Source: Lysobacterales bacterium
GTDB lineage: Bacteria > Pseudomonadota > Gammaproteobacteria > Xanthomonadales > SZUA-5
Length of the DNA stretch: 64,000 bases
NCBI GenBank assembly: GCA_022844165.1
Contig: JALHMH010000002.1
Location: 96,001 to 160,000, forward strand
Reading direction: 5' to 3'
How positions within the stretch are numbered: position 1 is the stretch's first letter; every line of letters starts with the position of its first letter. Position numbers and translations under genes: made by a program. Positions 1 through 9,077 of this stretch are shown here, one piece after another. The notes below the pieces were generated by a model. It did not search any database. It saw nothing but the letters and a program-made list of their open reading frames with translations, and was not told the origin of the DNA.

Positions 1-2251
1 GCGCGTTGTAGGCGAAGGCGAAGATCAGGTTTTGCTTCATGTTCGCCACCGTCGCTTGCGAAATCTGCCGCGCGCGCAGGATGCCGCGCAGATCGCCTTT
101 CACCAGCGTGACCTGCGCGCTCGACATGGCGACATCGGTGCCGGTGCCCATCGCGATGCCGACATCCGCGGCAGCCAGTGCCGGTGCGTCGTTGATACCG
201 TCGCCGGCCATCGCCACGCGGCGGCCCTCGGCCTTGAGTCGCGCCACCAGCTCGGACTTGTCCTTTGGGCGGACCTCGCCGTACACCTCATCGATTCCCA
301 GCACCTTCGCCACGGCTTCCGCGGTGGTCTTGCCGTCGCCAGTCGCCATCACGATTCGCAACCCTGCCGCCCGCAATGCGGCAATCGCCTCCGGCGTGCT
401 GACCTTGATCGGATCGGCCACCGCAACAAGTCCCGCAGCGCGGCCATTGACTGCGAGGAACATAGCGCTGGCGCCTTCGCGGCGCAGGCGTTCGGCGTCT
501 TCGCGCAAGCGACTGACATCGACGCCGATCTCCTCCATCAACGCGGTGTTGCCCAGCGCCAGGCGCGCCGCGCCGACGAGCCCGCGCACGCCGATGCCGG
601 TCGCCGACTCGAACTCGGCGGCGGTCTCCAGTGCCAAGCCGCGCCGACGCGCTTCGGCCACGATCGCTTCCGCCAACGGATGCTCGCTGCCCTGATCGAG
701 GCTCGCCGCGAGGCGCAGCGCTTCATCAGCGTCGAAGCCGTCGGCCGCAACGACCTCGCGAAACGCAGGTTTGCCCTGAGTCAAGGTACCGGTCTTGTCG
801 ACAATCAGGGTGTCGATGGTGCGCAGTCGTTCGATGGCCTCGGCATCGCGAAACAACACGCCCGCCTGCGCCGCACGCCCGGTCGCGACCATGATCGACA
901 TCGGCGTGGCCAGCCCCAGGGCACACGGGCACGCGATGATCAGCACGGCCACCGCGTTGACGAAGGCATAGGTCCATGCCGGCTCCGGGCCGAACACGCC
1001 CCAGACGAAGAAGGTTCCGAGCGCGATGCCGAGCACCGCGAGCACAAACCAGAAGCTGACCTTGTCTGCCATCCGTTGCATGGGGGCTCGCGAACGCTGC
1101 GCCTGGGCGACCAGTTGCACGATCTGCGCGAGCACGCTGTCAGAGCCGATCTTGTCGGCGCGGATCACCAGGCTGCCAGTGGCGTTGATGGTGGCGCCGA
1201 TGACCTTGCTGCCCGGAGATTTTTCCACCGGCATCGGTTCGCCCGTCAGCATGGACTCGTCAATGTTCGAGCGGCCCTCAAGGACTTCGCCATCCACCGG
1301 CACCTTCTCGCCGGGGCGCACGCGCAAGCGATCGCCCAGATGCACATGGGTCAGTTCAACTTCTTCTTCGCTGCCGTCCTCGCGCAGCCTGCGCGCGGTC
1401 TTCGGCGCCAGTCCGAGCAGCGCCTTGATCGCCGCCGACGTGGAGGATCGCGCCTTCAGCTCCAACACCTGGCCGAGCAGCGTCAGTGACACGATGATTG
1501 CTGCGGCCTCGAAGTAGACGCCGACCCGGCCGTGCTCGCGGAAGGCCTCCGGGAACATGCCCGGCGCCAGCGTTGCGACCAGGCTGTAGCCGAAGGCCGC
1601 GCCGACGCCGGTGCCGATCAGCGTCCACATGTTCGGGCTGCGGTTGGCGAGCGAGGCGGCCCAACGCACGAAGAAGGGCCAGCCGGCCCACAGTACGACC
1701 GGCGCCGACAACACCAGTTCCAGCCAGGTGCGCGTGTCGGCCGCGAGACCAGGCAGTCGATGCCCGGCCATCGCGAGAAGTAGTGCCAATACCGAGAACG
1801 GCAAGGTCCACCAGAATCGCCGCCGGAAGTCCGCCAGTTCGGGGTTCTCGTCGTCGTCCAGGCTGGGCAGAAGGGGCTCCAGCGCCATGCCGCAGATTGG
1901 GCAGCTGCCCGGCTCGTCGCGCACGATCTGCGGGTGCATCGGGCAGGTATAGCGAGCGCCCGGCTGCGCCGGGACGGCCGCGGGCTGGGCGACGGGACTC
2001 AAATAGCGTGTCGGATCGGCAAGGAACTTGCCCCGGCACTTTTCGGAGCAGAACCGGTACAGGTTTCCGGCGTGCTCGAGTTGGTGAGGGGAGTCGATCG
2101 CCACCGACATCCCGCATACCGGGTCGACATGTGCGTCGGAGTCGTGTGCATCGGCGGCATGATCGTGAACACCTTTGGTGGGGCCATCGTGTGCGTGACC
2201 ATGCGCTGCTTTCGGCGGCGTGTTGCCATGTGAATGGTGATCGTGGTTCAT
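1..2251 (-). CDS. copA: Heavy-metal (Cu+/Ag+) translocating P1B-type ATPase, 3' end outside window
   Basis: Not in the ORF track (no stop in window); translated by hand. His-rich N-terminus [12 protein letters not shown] domain (DPVCGM...YRFCSEKC), CPMHP...[45 protein letters not shown] overlaps the MerR stop (ATGA). Confidence 0.95.
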   Translation of the reverse strand, partial: MNHDHHSHGNTPPKAAHGHAHDGPTKGVHDHAADAHDSDAHVDPVCGMSVAIDSPHQLEHAGNLYRFCSEKCRGKFLADPTRYLSPVAQPAAVPAQPGARYTCPMHPQIVRDEPGSCPICGMALEPLLPSLDDDENPELADFRRRFWWTLPFSVLALLLAMAGHRLPGLAADTRTWLELVLSAPVVLWAGWPFFVRWAASLANRSPNMWTLIGTGVGAAFGYSLVATLAPGMFPEAFREHGRVGVYFEAAAIIVSLTLLGQVLELKARSSTSAAIKALLGLAPKTARRLREDGSEEEVELTHVHLGDRLRVRPGEKVPVDGEVLEGRSNIDESMLTGEPMPVEKSPGSKVIGATINATGSLVIRADKIGSDSVLAQIVQLVAQAQRSRAPMQRMADKVSFWFVLAVLGIALGTFFVWGVFGPEPAWTYAFVNAVAVLIIACPCALGLATPMSIMVATGRAAQAGVLFRDAEAIERLRTIDTLIVDKTGTLTQGKPAFREVVAADGFDADEALRLAASLDQGSEHPLAEAIVAEARRRGLALETAAEFESATGIGVRGLVGAARLALGNTALMEEIGVDVSRLREDAERLRREGASAMFLAVNGRAAGLVAVADPIKVSTPEAIAALRAAGLRIVMATGDGKTTAEAVAKVLGIDEVYGEVRPKDKSELVARLKAEGRRVAMAGDGINDAPALAAADVGIAMGTGTDVAMSSAQVTLVKGDLRGILRARQISQATVANMKQNLIFAFAYNA

Positions 2252-2649
2252 GCGTCTTGCTCCTGGGACAGCGCATTGAGAATCGGGCAGGCCTCGCTGC
2301 GCCCGTGCCCGGGGCAAGCGTCGATCAGCGTCCGCAGGCCACTGCGGATCCGTTCGAGTTCAGTGATGCGCAGCTCGATGTTTCCGAGTTTGCGCTGCGC
2401 CGCAGCGCGCACGCGGGCCACGTCGCGCTCGGCACTGAGCGCCAGCAGCGAACGGATGTCATCGAGCGAGAATCCCAGTACCTTCGCGCGGCGAATGAAG
2501 CGCAGGCGCTTGAGTTCCTCGGCGCCATAGCGGCGATAGCCCGATGCGAGTCGGCCCGCCGGTGCCAGCAGGCCATTGCGCTCGTAGAAGCGCACCGTGT
2601 CGATGGCAACTCCCGCCTGCTTGGCCAACTCGCCGATGCTCAGTGACAT
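2248..2649 (-). CDS. MerR-family heavy-metal-responsive regulator (CueR-like)
   Basis: MerR HTH ([24 protein letters not shown]; GFSLDDI) and C-terminal metal loop [13 protein letters not shown]. Confidence 0.93.
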   Translation of the reverse strand: MSLSIGELAKQAGVAIDTVRFYERNGLLAPAGRLASGYRRYGAEELKRLRFIRRAKVLGFSLDDIRSLLALSAERDVARVRAAAQRKLGNIELRITELERIRSGLRTLIDACPGHGRSEACPILNALSQEQDA

Positions 2650-2672
2650 GTTCGTTCTCCTTGCGGGGTGTG

Positions 2673-2704
2673 AGCTTGCACCCTGGACCTGGGTCCAGAG
2701 TCAA
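2673..2704 (-). promoter_or_regulatory. MerR-type promoter/operator: -35 TTGACT, 20-bp spacer containing the dyad CTGGACC-CA-GGTCCAG, -10 CAAGCT
   Basis: Minus strand reads TTGACTCTGGACCCAGGTCCAGGGTGCAAGCT directly upstream of merR-copA. An elongated spacer with a dyad is the MerR promoter signature. Confidence 0.85.
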
Positions 2705-2749
2705 GCCCCAATCGCGACGGTATTCACCGTCGCGACCGGTTCGCGTCAG

Positions 2750-3289
2750 TCAGCGATCGCCTTCGACACGGCGAAACATCGAGGTGCTGCCGTCCTCCTC
2801 CACCAGCTCGACCGTGTAGGACTGCACGCGGCCGTTCGGCGTCTCCATGCCGGGCGAGCCGAGCGGCATGCCGGGCAGGACCAGGCCGCGCGCCTTGGGC
2901 CGTTCAGTCAACAAGCGACGAACGTCCTCGGCGGGAACGTGACCCTCGATCACATAGCTGTCGATCTCTGCCGTGTGACACGAGCCTTTGCCGTAGGGGA
3001 CGCCAAGTCCTGCCTTGATCGGCGCGAGGTCGTCGGTGTCGCGCACCTCAACGGTAAAACCGGCTTTTCGCATGTGTTCGACCCACAAGCCGCAGCAACC
3101 ACAGCTGGGAGTCTTGTGCACGACCATTGCCGGTGTCGTGTCCGCCATGGCGGTGGGTGTCGCAACCTGCTGCGCGCTTGCGGTCGTGCTCGTGGCGTCC
3201 GGGTCGCGTGCGCAAGCGGCCGACATCATCAGCGCTGCGAGGCTCGCGAGGCCCCACGCGGCGCTTCTTCTACCTGCGCGGCGGCTCAT
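2750..3289 (-). CDS. DUF411 / CopG-like periplasmic metal-binding protein
   Basis: HKTPSCGCC..WVEHM, GSCHTA, EGHVP and PGMPLGSPGME motifs; signal or lipoprotein-like N-terminus. Confidence 0.9.
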   Translation of the reverse strand: MSRRAGRRSAAWGLASLAALMMSAACARDPDATSTTASAQQVATPTAMADTTPAMVVHKTPSCGCCGLWVEHMRKAGFTVEVRDTDDLAPIKAGLGVPYGKGSCHTAEIDSYVIEGHVPAEDVRRLLTERPKARGLVLPGMPLGSPGMETPNGRVQSYTVELVEEDGSTSMFRRVEGDR

Positions 3290-3804
3290 CGCTGTGCCCT
3301 CGACGACCAGTGCAGATGGACGATCTTCCAGCCTGCTCCGGTCTTGCGCAGGATCGCGGTCTCGGTGGACGAGATCATCAGCATCTTGGCGTCCTTGCTC
3401 GCGTGAATCTCGCTCTCGCTGCCGACCCAGACGAGGTCGCCGGATGCCTGAGCCGTCCTGCGCTTCAGCGTGATGTGGGCGGTCTTGAGGAACTCGGCGT
3501 CGTGTTTGGCGTGTCCGCCGAGGTACTCATCACGGGTACGCTCGGCGCCGCCGCTTTCAAGGATCAGCACGGCCGGATCGAGATCCGCGGCAACGCCGTC
3601 GAGATCGCCTGCGCTCAAGGCGGCCGAGAAGCGTTCCAGCACCGCAACGGCGTCGGCGGCTTCGGGCGAAATGCTGAGAGTGGCGCCCGCCGTTTCGCGA
3701 CCGGCGGCTACTTGCGTTGAGCCGTGCTTTTCATTGCCGTGGGCCCAGCCGATCGGCGCGGCAAGCGCGAGTGCCAAGGCGAGGGAAGTCATTCGGATGA
3801 TCAT
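3286..3804 (-). CDS. Exported NTF2/SnoaL-like (DUF4440-type) protein of copper clusters
   Basis: Signal peptide ending AHG, then ILESGG and WKIVHLHWSS; stop overlaps the next start. Confidence 0.8.
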   Translation of the reverse strand: MIIRMTSLALALALAAPIGWAHGNEKHGSTQVAAGRETAGATLSISPEAADAVAVLERFSAALSAGDLDGVAADLDPAVLILESGGAERTRDEYLGGHAKHDAEFLKTAHITLKRRTAQASGDLVWVGSESEIHASKDAKMLMISSTETAILRKTGAGWKIVHLHWSSRAQR

Positions 3805-3852
3805 CGGTTTCTCCAGTTCGAAATGAGGCGCGGGGCCTCGTGGGTGGCTGAT

Positions 3853-4512
3853 TCAGTGTTGATGGTCGTTGTCGGTGTGGTCGTCGCCCTCGGGCGCTGC
3901 CATCGGATCTTCGACGGGCTCAAAGGACGAACGCTCCGGGTTCGCGTCTTCGTGTGCAGCATGCGGATCGCCACCGCCGACATCGGTTTCGCCGCCGCCG
4001 TGGCTGTGGCCATCGCTGGCCGCAACTCGTTCCTGGTACTGCGCGGCGGTCATGCCCGGAAACTGCTGCATGAAGGCGACCATGCCCCACAGGTAGCGAT
4101 CGTCCATGCTCTTGCCCCAGGCCGGCATGCCCGACGCCTTGATGCCGTGCTTGAGCACCCAGAAGGCCTCGCGGGGATCGGTCTGGCCGAGGGCATCCCA
4201 GCGCGGCGGACGCGGGTACAGGCCAACGCTCAGTTCGGTTTCCTGCGCGTCGGGGCTGAGATGGCAGGTCACGCACATGGCGTTGTAGTTACCTGCCCCG
4301 TTGCGGATCAGTTCGGCGTCGGACAGGTCGGGCACGTGAATGTCCGCCGCCCGGACTGCGATCGAGCGCTTGCGCGCCACCTCGAGCGCGCGATGGGTCG
4401 CAGACCAGTGCGGGTCGTCGGCACCGACGTTGTAGATGCCGCTCCAGATGACGGCGGCGGCGATCGCCATGCCGACCAGTACTAAAACAACGAGGGTCTT
4501 GAACAGTTTCAT
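3853..4512 (-). CDS. c-type cytochrome with His/acidic tail
   Basis: N-terminal TM segment, YNVGADDPH, CVTCH heme motif, HGIKASGMPAW. Confidence 0.88.
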   Translation of the reverse strand: MKLFKTLVVLVLVGMAIAAAVIWSGIYNVGADDPHWSATHRALEVARKRSIAVRAADIHVPDLSDAELIRNGAGNYNAMCVTCHLSPDAQETELSVGLYPRPPRWDALGQTDPREAFWVLKHGIKASGMPAWGKSMDDRYLWGMVAFMQQFPGMTAAQYQERVAASDGHSHGGGETDVGGGDPHAAHEDANPERSSFEPVEDPMAAPEGDDHTDNDHQH

Positions 4513-4522
4513 AAGGTGCTCT

Positions 4523-5920
4523 CTATCCCATCTTCATTTTGGAGTGATCGACTGGCTTGGCTTCGAGCGTGGGCGACGGGCCAGGCGGCGGGCCGCGTCT
4601 CGCGGGCTTTCCGAAATCGGGATCGGCGCTGATGCGATGCGCGACCGTGCCCTTGGGGTTGGGGTACCAGCCCGGATCGCGGAAGTCGCCGGCGGCGAGG
4701 TCATCGCGCACCTTGACCACGGTGAACATCCCGCCCATTTCGAGATTTCCGAACGGGCCCTTGCCCATCATCATCGGCAGGGTGTTCTCGGGGCCGGTCA
4801 TGTGGCCGGAGTCGGTGTGCTCCTGGTGCTCGGCCATGCCGCCTTGCCCCATCGCCATGTAGCCCGGCAGCAGTTTGCGGATCTCCGCCTCCACGCCAGA
4901 TTGATCGACGCCGAGCGTGTTCGGAATCTCGTGGCCCATGGCGTTCATCGTGTGGTGCGACATGTGGCAGTGGAAGGCCCAGTCGCCGGGCACCGCGACG
5001 AACTCCAGATCGCGCGTCTGGCCGACGCCGACGATCTCGGTCGTCTCCGGTCGCCACAGGCCTTTGGGCCAGCGGCCGCCGTCCGATCCGGTGACGTGGA
5101 ATTGCACACCATGCATGTGAATGGGATGGTTCCACATCGACAGATTGCCGATGCGCACGCGCACGCGTTCGCCGGTCCGCGCGACCAAGGGCTCGATCGC
5201 GGGGAAGACCTTGCTGTTCATCGTCCACAGATCGAAGTCCTGCATCACCGACGGATCGGGTCGATAAGTGCCGGGATGCAGCGCCCAGTTATGCAGCAAG
5301 ATCACGTAGTCGCGAGCGATGGGCTCAGGCTCGCCGTCCCTGGGGTGGATGATGAACATGCCCATCATGCCGACCGCCATCTGCACCATCTCGTCGGCAT
5401 GCGGGTGGTACATGTGGGTGCCGTGCTGGCGCAACGTGAACTCGTAGACGTAGGTCTCGCCGGGCTGGATCTGCGGCTGGCTCAGCCCGCCGACGCCGTC
5501 CATGCCCGACGGTAGCAGCAGGCCATGCCAATGCACGCTGGTGTGCTCGGGCAGGCGGTTGGTCACATAGATGCGCACCCGGTCGCCCTCGACCGCCTCG
5601 ATGGTCGGGCCCGGCGTGGTGCCGTTGTAACCCCAGCACTTGGCGCGGCAACCGGGCGCGAACTCGTGCTCGATCTCTTCGGCCACGAGGTGGAACTCCT
5701 TGACTCCATCGACGATGCGGTGCGGCAGAGTCCAGCCATTCAAGGTGCGTACCGGGCGATAGCCGTCGGCGGCGGGAGCAGGCAAAGGTGCAGGCGCGGC
5801 GGCTGCGGCGACGGAGTGGCCCTGGTGGTCCTGCGCGGCGGCGCGCTGCGCCCACAGCCCGAATGGGGCCAGCGCTCCCAGTCCCGCGAGGCGAAACCAT
5901 TGGCGGCGAAAAGGGTTCAT
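4523..5920 (-). CDS. Tat-exported multicopper oxidase
   Basis: RR signal (FRRQWF); copper motifs HWHG, MYHPH, HPIHMHG, HCHMSHH; Met-rich C-terminus. Confidence 0.93.
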   Translation of the reverse strand: MNPFRRQWFRLAGLGALAPFGLWAQRAAAQDHQGHSVAAAAAPAPLPAPAADGYRPVRTLNGWTLPHRIVDGVKEFHLVAEEIEHEFAPGCRAKCWGYNGTTPGPTIEAVEGDRVRIYVTNRLPEHTSVHWHGLLLPSGMDGVGGLSQPQIQPGETYVYEFTLRQHGTHMYHPHADEMVQMAVGMMGMFIIHPRDGEPEPIARDYVILLHNWALHPGTYRPDPSVMQDFDLWTMNSKVFPAIEPLVARTGERVRVRIGNLSMWNHPIHMHGVQFHVTGSDGGRWPKGLWRPETTEIVGVGQTRDLEFVAVPGDWAFHCHMSHHTMNAMGHEIPNTLGVDQSGVEAEIRKLLPGYMAMGQGGMAEHQEHTDSGHMTGPENTLPMMMGKGPFGNLEMGGMFTVVKVRDDLAAGDFRDPGWYPNPKGTVAHRISADPDFGKPARRGPPPGPSPTLEAKPVDHSKMKMG

Positions 5921-7542
5921 GGCGTGTCTCCGTGGTCGTGCTGAGGCTCGGCTTCGTCATCTGCGGGTACGACCGGCTTGGGCGTGGCTGACTTGCGGTG
6001 CTCGCGGTGCGGATCCACTGGCTGCGTCGGCACGGACATGTCATGGCCGGCGTGCGGATCGGGTGGGGAAGCGGGTTCCGGCATGCGATGACCCGCGTGC
6101 GGATCGCGCTCCCGGCCGCTGTGCATGCTGTGATCCATTGCCGCCGGAACACCGGCGGCCGGGAGGATGGCTTCCACGCCGATGGCAGGCTCTATCGGTG
6201 AATCGTCGTCGGGCAAGCGGCCGCCAATTGCGCCCCGCAGTTCGGCGCGGGCGACCCAGTAGTCGCGTACCCCTTCGAGGTAGGCTTGGTAGGCGTCGTA
6301 CTCCTGCTGTTTCGCCAGCAGCAGCTCGAACACACCCACCAACATGAAGTTCACCTGTTCCTGCGTGCGCGCGACAATGGCCTCGCGGCGCGGGACCAAT
6401 TCGACGCGATGGCGTTCTGCGATGGTGTGCGCCACCGCGACTGCGTCCAGGCCCAGCCGCGCATCGTTCTGCACCGACAGCAATTTGGCATCGAGTTCGG
6501 CGCGCGCCTGTTGCAACTCCGCCTCGGCGCGCGCAACGCCGCCCTGTCCCTGGTTGAAGATCGGAAGTGCCAGTGAGGCGAAAGGACCGGTTGCTTGGGC
6601 GCCGTCGAACTCGCTTTCATGCTCGTAGCCGACCTCGATGCCGCCCAGCCAACGCCATCGCCGGGTTACGCCAAGGGCGTCTTCGCGCAGTGCGACCGTG
6701 CGGCGCACGGCGGCCAGGTCGAGACGCGTTTCGAGCGCGGATGCGACCAGTGCGTCGGCGTCGTAGCCGATCGCGCGCGGGGCGGGCAACTGCGCCTGCG
6801 TGGTCCATTCTCCGACGGTCGACAGACCGATCAGCGCTGCCAGTCGGTGCCGCGCACGCAAGGCGTTCGATCCGGCCGCCAGTGCTTCGATGCGGGCTTG
6901 CGTGGCCGCTGCACGTTCCTGTTCGAGCTGCAGGCGGTTGATATTCCCGGCATCGAAAAAGCGTTGTGCCAGTTCGGCCGACTGCTCGGCGGCGCGCGCC
7001 ACCAGATCACGCATCGCGGCGATCTGCTGGGCGCCGACCGCCTCGTACCACGCCACTTCCACTTCAGTCGCGATCTCGAGCACCGCGCCCGACACCGCCA
7101 GTTGCAGCCGCTCCAGCTCACCCTCTGCGAGACGCTTGCGTAATGGAAGGAGGAGTAGATCGGTCAAGCCGAGCGACAGGCTGCGCGTGATCTGCGTACC
7201 CTCGCCGCCGTCCGGCGAGAGTCGAAGAAAGCCAAAACTCGGGTTCGACAGGCGACGCGCATCCTCCAGATCTGCGCGACCGAGGCCGAGTCGCACGTAC
7301 TCCTCGCGCAGCCGTGGATTGTTGAAGAACGCAAGCCGGACGGCGTCCTCGACGCCGATCGGCGCGGTCGGAACCTGCGGAGCGGGATCGGCGCCGAGCG
7401 GCGACCAATCGGGGGGCACCGAGCGCCGATCCGCGATCAGGTCGCGGGATTCGGAATAGCCGCGCTCGCGCGGCAGACTGGCGCAGCCAACCAACGCCAG
7501 CGCCGCCGCGACGCTCGCGGCGGAACGAAAAAACAAAGCCAT
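5917..7542 (-). CDS. TolC-family outer-membrane lipoprotein (copper tolerance)
   Basis: Start reassigned to MALFFRS (GAGG upstream). Lipobox LVGC, LPIFNQGQG motif, His/Met-rich tail with DPHAGH repeats. Confidence 0.88.
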   Translation of the reverse strand: MALFFRSAASVAAALALVGCASLPRERGYSESRDLIADRRSVPPDWSPLGADPAPQVPTAPIGVEDAVRLAFFNNPRLREEYVRLGLGRADLEDARRLSNPSFGFLRLSPDGGEGTQITRSLSLGLTDLLLLPLRKRLAEGELERLQLAVSGAVLEIATEVEVAWYEAVGAQQIAAMRDLVARAAEQSAELAQRFFDAGNINRLQLEQERAAATQARIEALAAGSNALRARHRLAALIGLSTVGEWTTQAQLPAPRAIGYDADALVASALETRLDLAAVRRTVALREDALGVTRRWRWLGGIEVGYEHESEFDGAQATGPFASLALPIFNQGQGGVARAEAELQQARAELDAKLLSVQNDARLGLDAVAVAHTIAERHRVELVPRREAIVARTQEQVNFMLVGVFELLLAKQQEYDAYQAYLEGVRDYWVARAELRGAIGGRLPDDDSPIEPAIGVEAILPAAGVPAAMDHSMHSGRERDPHAGHRMPEPASPPDPHAGHDMSVPTQPVDPHREHRKSATPKPVVPADDEAEPQHDHGDTP

Positions 7543-7646
7543 AGACTCAACCTCACAGGCGACAGGCGCTGTCCTGAACGGACGCGCAGACGCGGCAACG
7601 GGCGTGCGAGCGCCGGATGGCGCCCACACGGACAGTCGTTACGCGT

Positions 7647-7994
7647 TCAGGCCGCGGGTGGGCGTAGCGGAGGAGAGTCGCGATGCAAAACGATGTGCGC
7701 AATCAACCGCGAATGCGCGGTGCGGATCGGCTCAACTACCGACATGCAAGTTGCCTGCAAAGACAACGCTGGAGGAAGTACACAGCCACATTGGCAGGAT
7801 GCGCCATCGCAGCAGCTTCCATCGTCTGGCGAAGCAGGCTCCGACGGAGCGTCGCTTCCGTCGGGGTGATGATGGTCGCCCATCGAATGAGTTCCATGCT
7901 CGCCGTGCGCCATCCCAGCCATCGCCCACGGCGCCCAAACGCTGTTCACGATGAGCGTTAGCGAGAGCAGAAGCTGGAGTAGGGTCCGGCGCAT
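7647..7994 (-). CDS. copL: CopL-family Cys/His-rich metal-binding protein
   Basis: Hydrophobic N-terminus, His-rich segment, CCDGASCQCGC and C-terminal PPLRPP; first gene of the copper operon, as in Xanthomonas copL. Confidence 0.78.
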   Translation of the reverse strand: MRRTLLQLLLSLTLIVNSVWAPWAMAGMAHGEHGTHSMGDHHHPDGSDAPSEPASPDDGSCCDGASCQCGCVLPPALSLQATCMSVVEPIRTAHSRLIAHIVLHRDSPPLRPPAA

Positions 7995-8269
7995 TGGGCA
8001 GTAGAATGCAACTGAACATGGAAAGTTTCAACTGATTACGCGTGCCGGTAGCAGTGTCAGTTCTCGCCGTGGGCTTGGCGAACCTGACGAAATCATCGAT
8101 ACGGGGCGCGGCGGATCACCTCGACCGACGGGGCGATGATCACGGGGAACTGCGGAATCCGCACCGACCCGCATCTGTTATCACGGGCCTAAACTGTGAG
8201 GTTTGCTGCGAGGAACGGTTGCACCACCAATTCGCCTTCACCTCCAGGTTGATGCGGCAACTGACGAAC

Positions 8270-8929
8270 TCAGCCCGAGCGTGCCGCCAATCGATCGAAC
8301 CACGCGCACAACGGATCCTCTGCTTGCAGCAAGTTGTAGTCCGACGCGAGCCGCGCCCATTGCAGCGCGCCGAACAGCACGTAGTCGACAAAAGCTGGTG
8401 TGTCACCGGCCAGATACGGCGCACGTTTAAGGGCTGAACGCGCCGGTTCCAGACTGGCGCGAAAAGGCGTCAGCCGAGTGTCGCGCGTGGCATGCACATC
8501 TTCGAGGCTGGAGCCCAGGCGTTGTTCCCGGCTGGCGCGGAAATAGGCCTGATCGCCGACGCGCAGACCCTGCCACACGTCCCGCACGATCATCCGGAAA
8601 ATCTGTGCTTGAACGGACGTCGTTACCCAATCGTCGATGAAGCGCGCGTAGCGGCGCTCGGGATCGGCGGGAAACAGGGTCGGTGCTCCGGGCACCTGCT
8701 GCTCCAGAAACGCCGCGATCTCCGCGCTTCCCGAGAGCCAGTGCCCATCGTAGTCGAGCACTGGCACAGTCTTGAACTGGCCGTTGCCGATTCCGGCAAT
8801 CTCAGTGAATCCAACCGCACGTGTCGCAAAGGTCAATCTCTTGTGCGCCAGCGCCAAGCGTACCCGCCAGCAATAGGGACTCAGTCGCTCATCTCCGGCG
8901 TTCGCAAGTTCATACAGAGTGATGGCCAT
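8270..8929 (-). CDS. Glutathione S-transferase, beta-etherase (LigE)-like subgroup
   Basis: Start at MAITLYEL; SPYCWRVRLALAHK, TVPVL and YLAGDTPAFVDY motifs. Confidence 0.85.
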   Translation of the reverse strand: MAITLYELANAGDERLSPYCWRVRLALAHKRLTFATRAVGFTEIAGIGNGQFKTVPVLDYDGHWLSGSAEIAAFLEQQVPGAPTLFPADPERRYARFIDDWVTTSVQAQIFRMIVRDVWQGLRVGDQAYFRASREQRLGSSLEDVHATRDTRLTPFRASLEPARSALKRAPYLAGDTPAFVDYVLFGALQWARLASDYNLLQAEDPLCAWFDRLAARSG

Positions 8930-9077
8930 CTTCGCGTCCGGTCGAATGACTGTGGCGCAATGGTAGCGCGCGTCACGCGTCCTTGAATGCCAACAGGATG
9001 ACTGTTCGCACCCCAAACGCGATCCGAACGCGCCGGCCGTACGCGTATGTGGTTGTCACGCAACCGGTCGTCCTGAA

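Noticed and set aside
32-1489. 485-aa plus-strand ORF (and other long antisense ORFs, e.g. 27135-28289, 32481-33575, 34753-36165)
   Set aside because: Shadow frames opposite well-supported genes in high-GC DNA; Arg/Ala-rich with no motifs.
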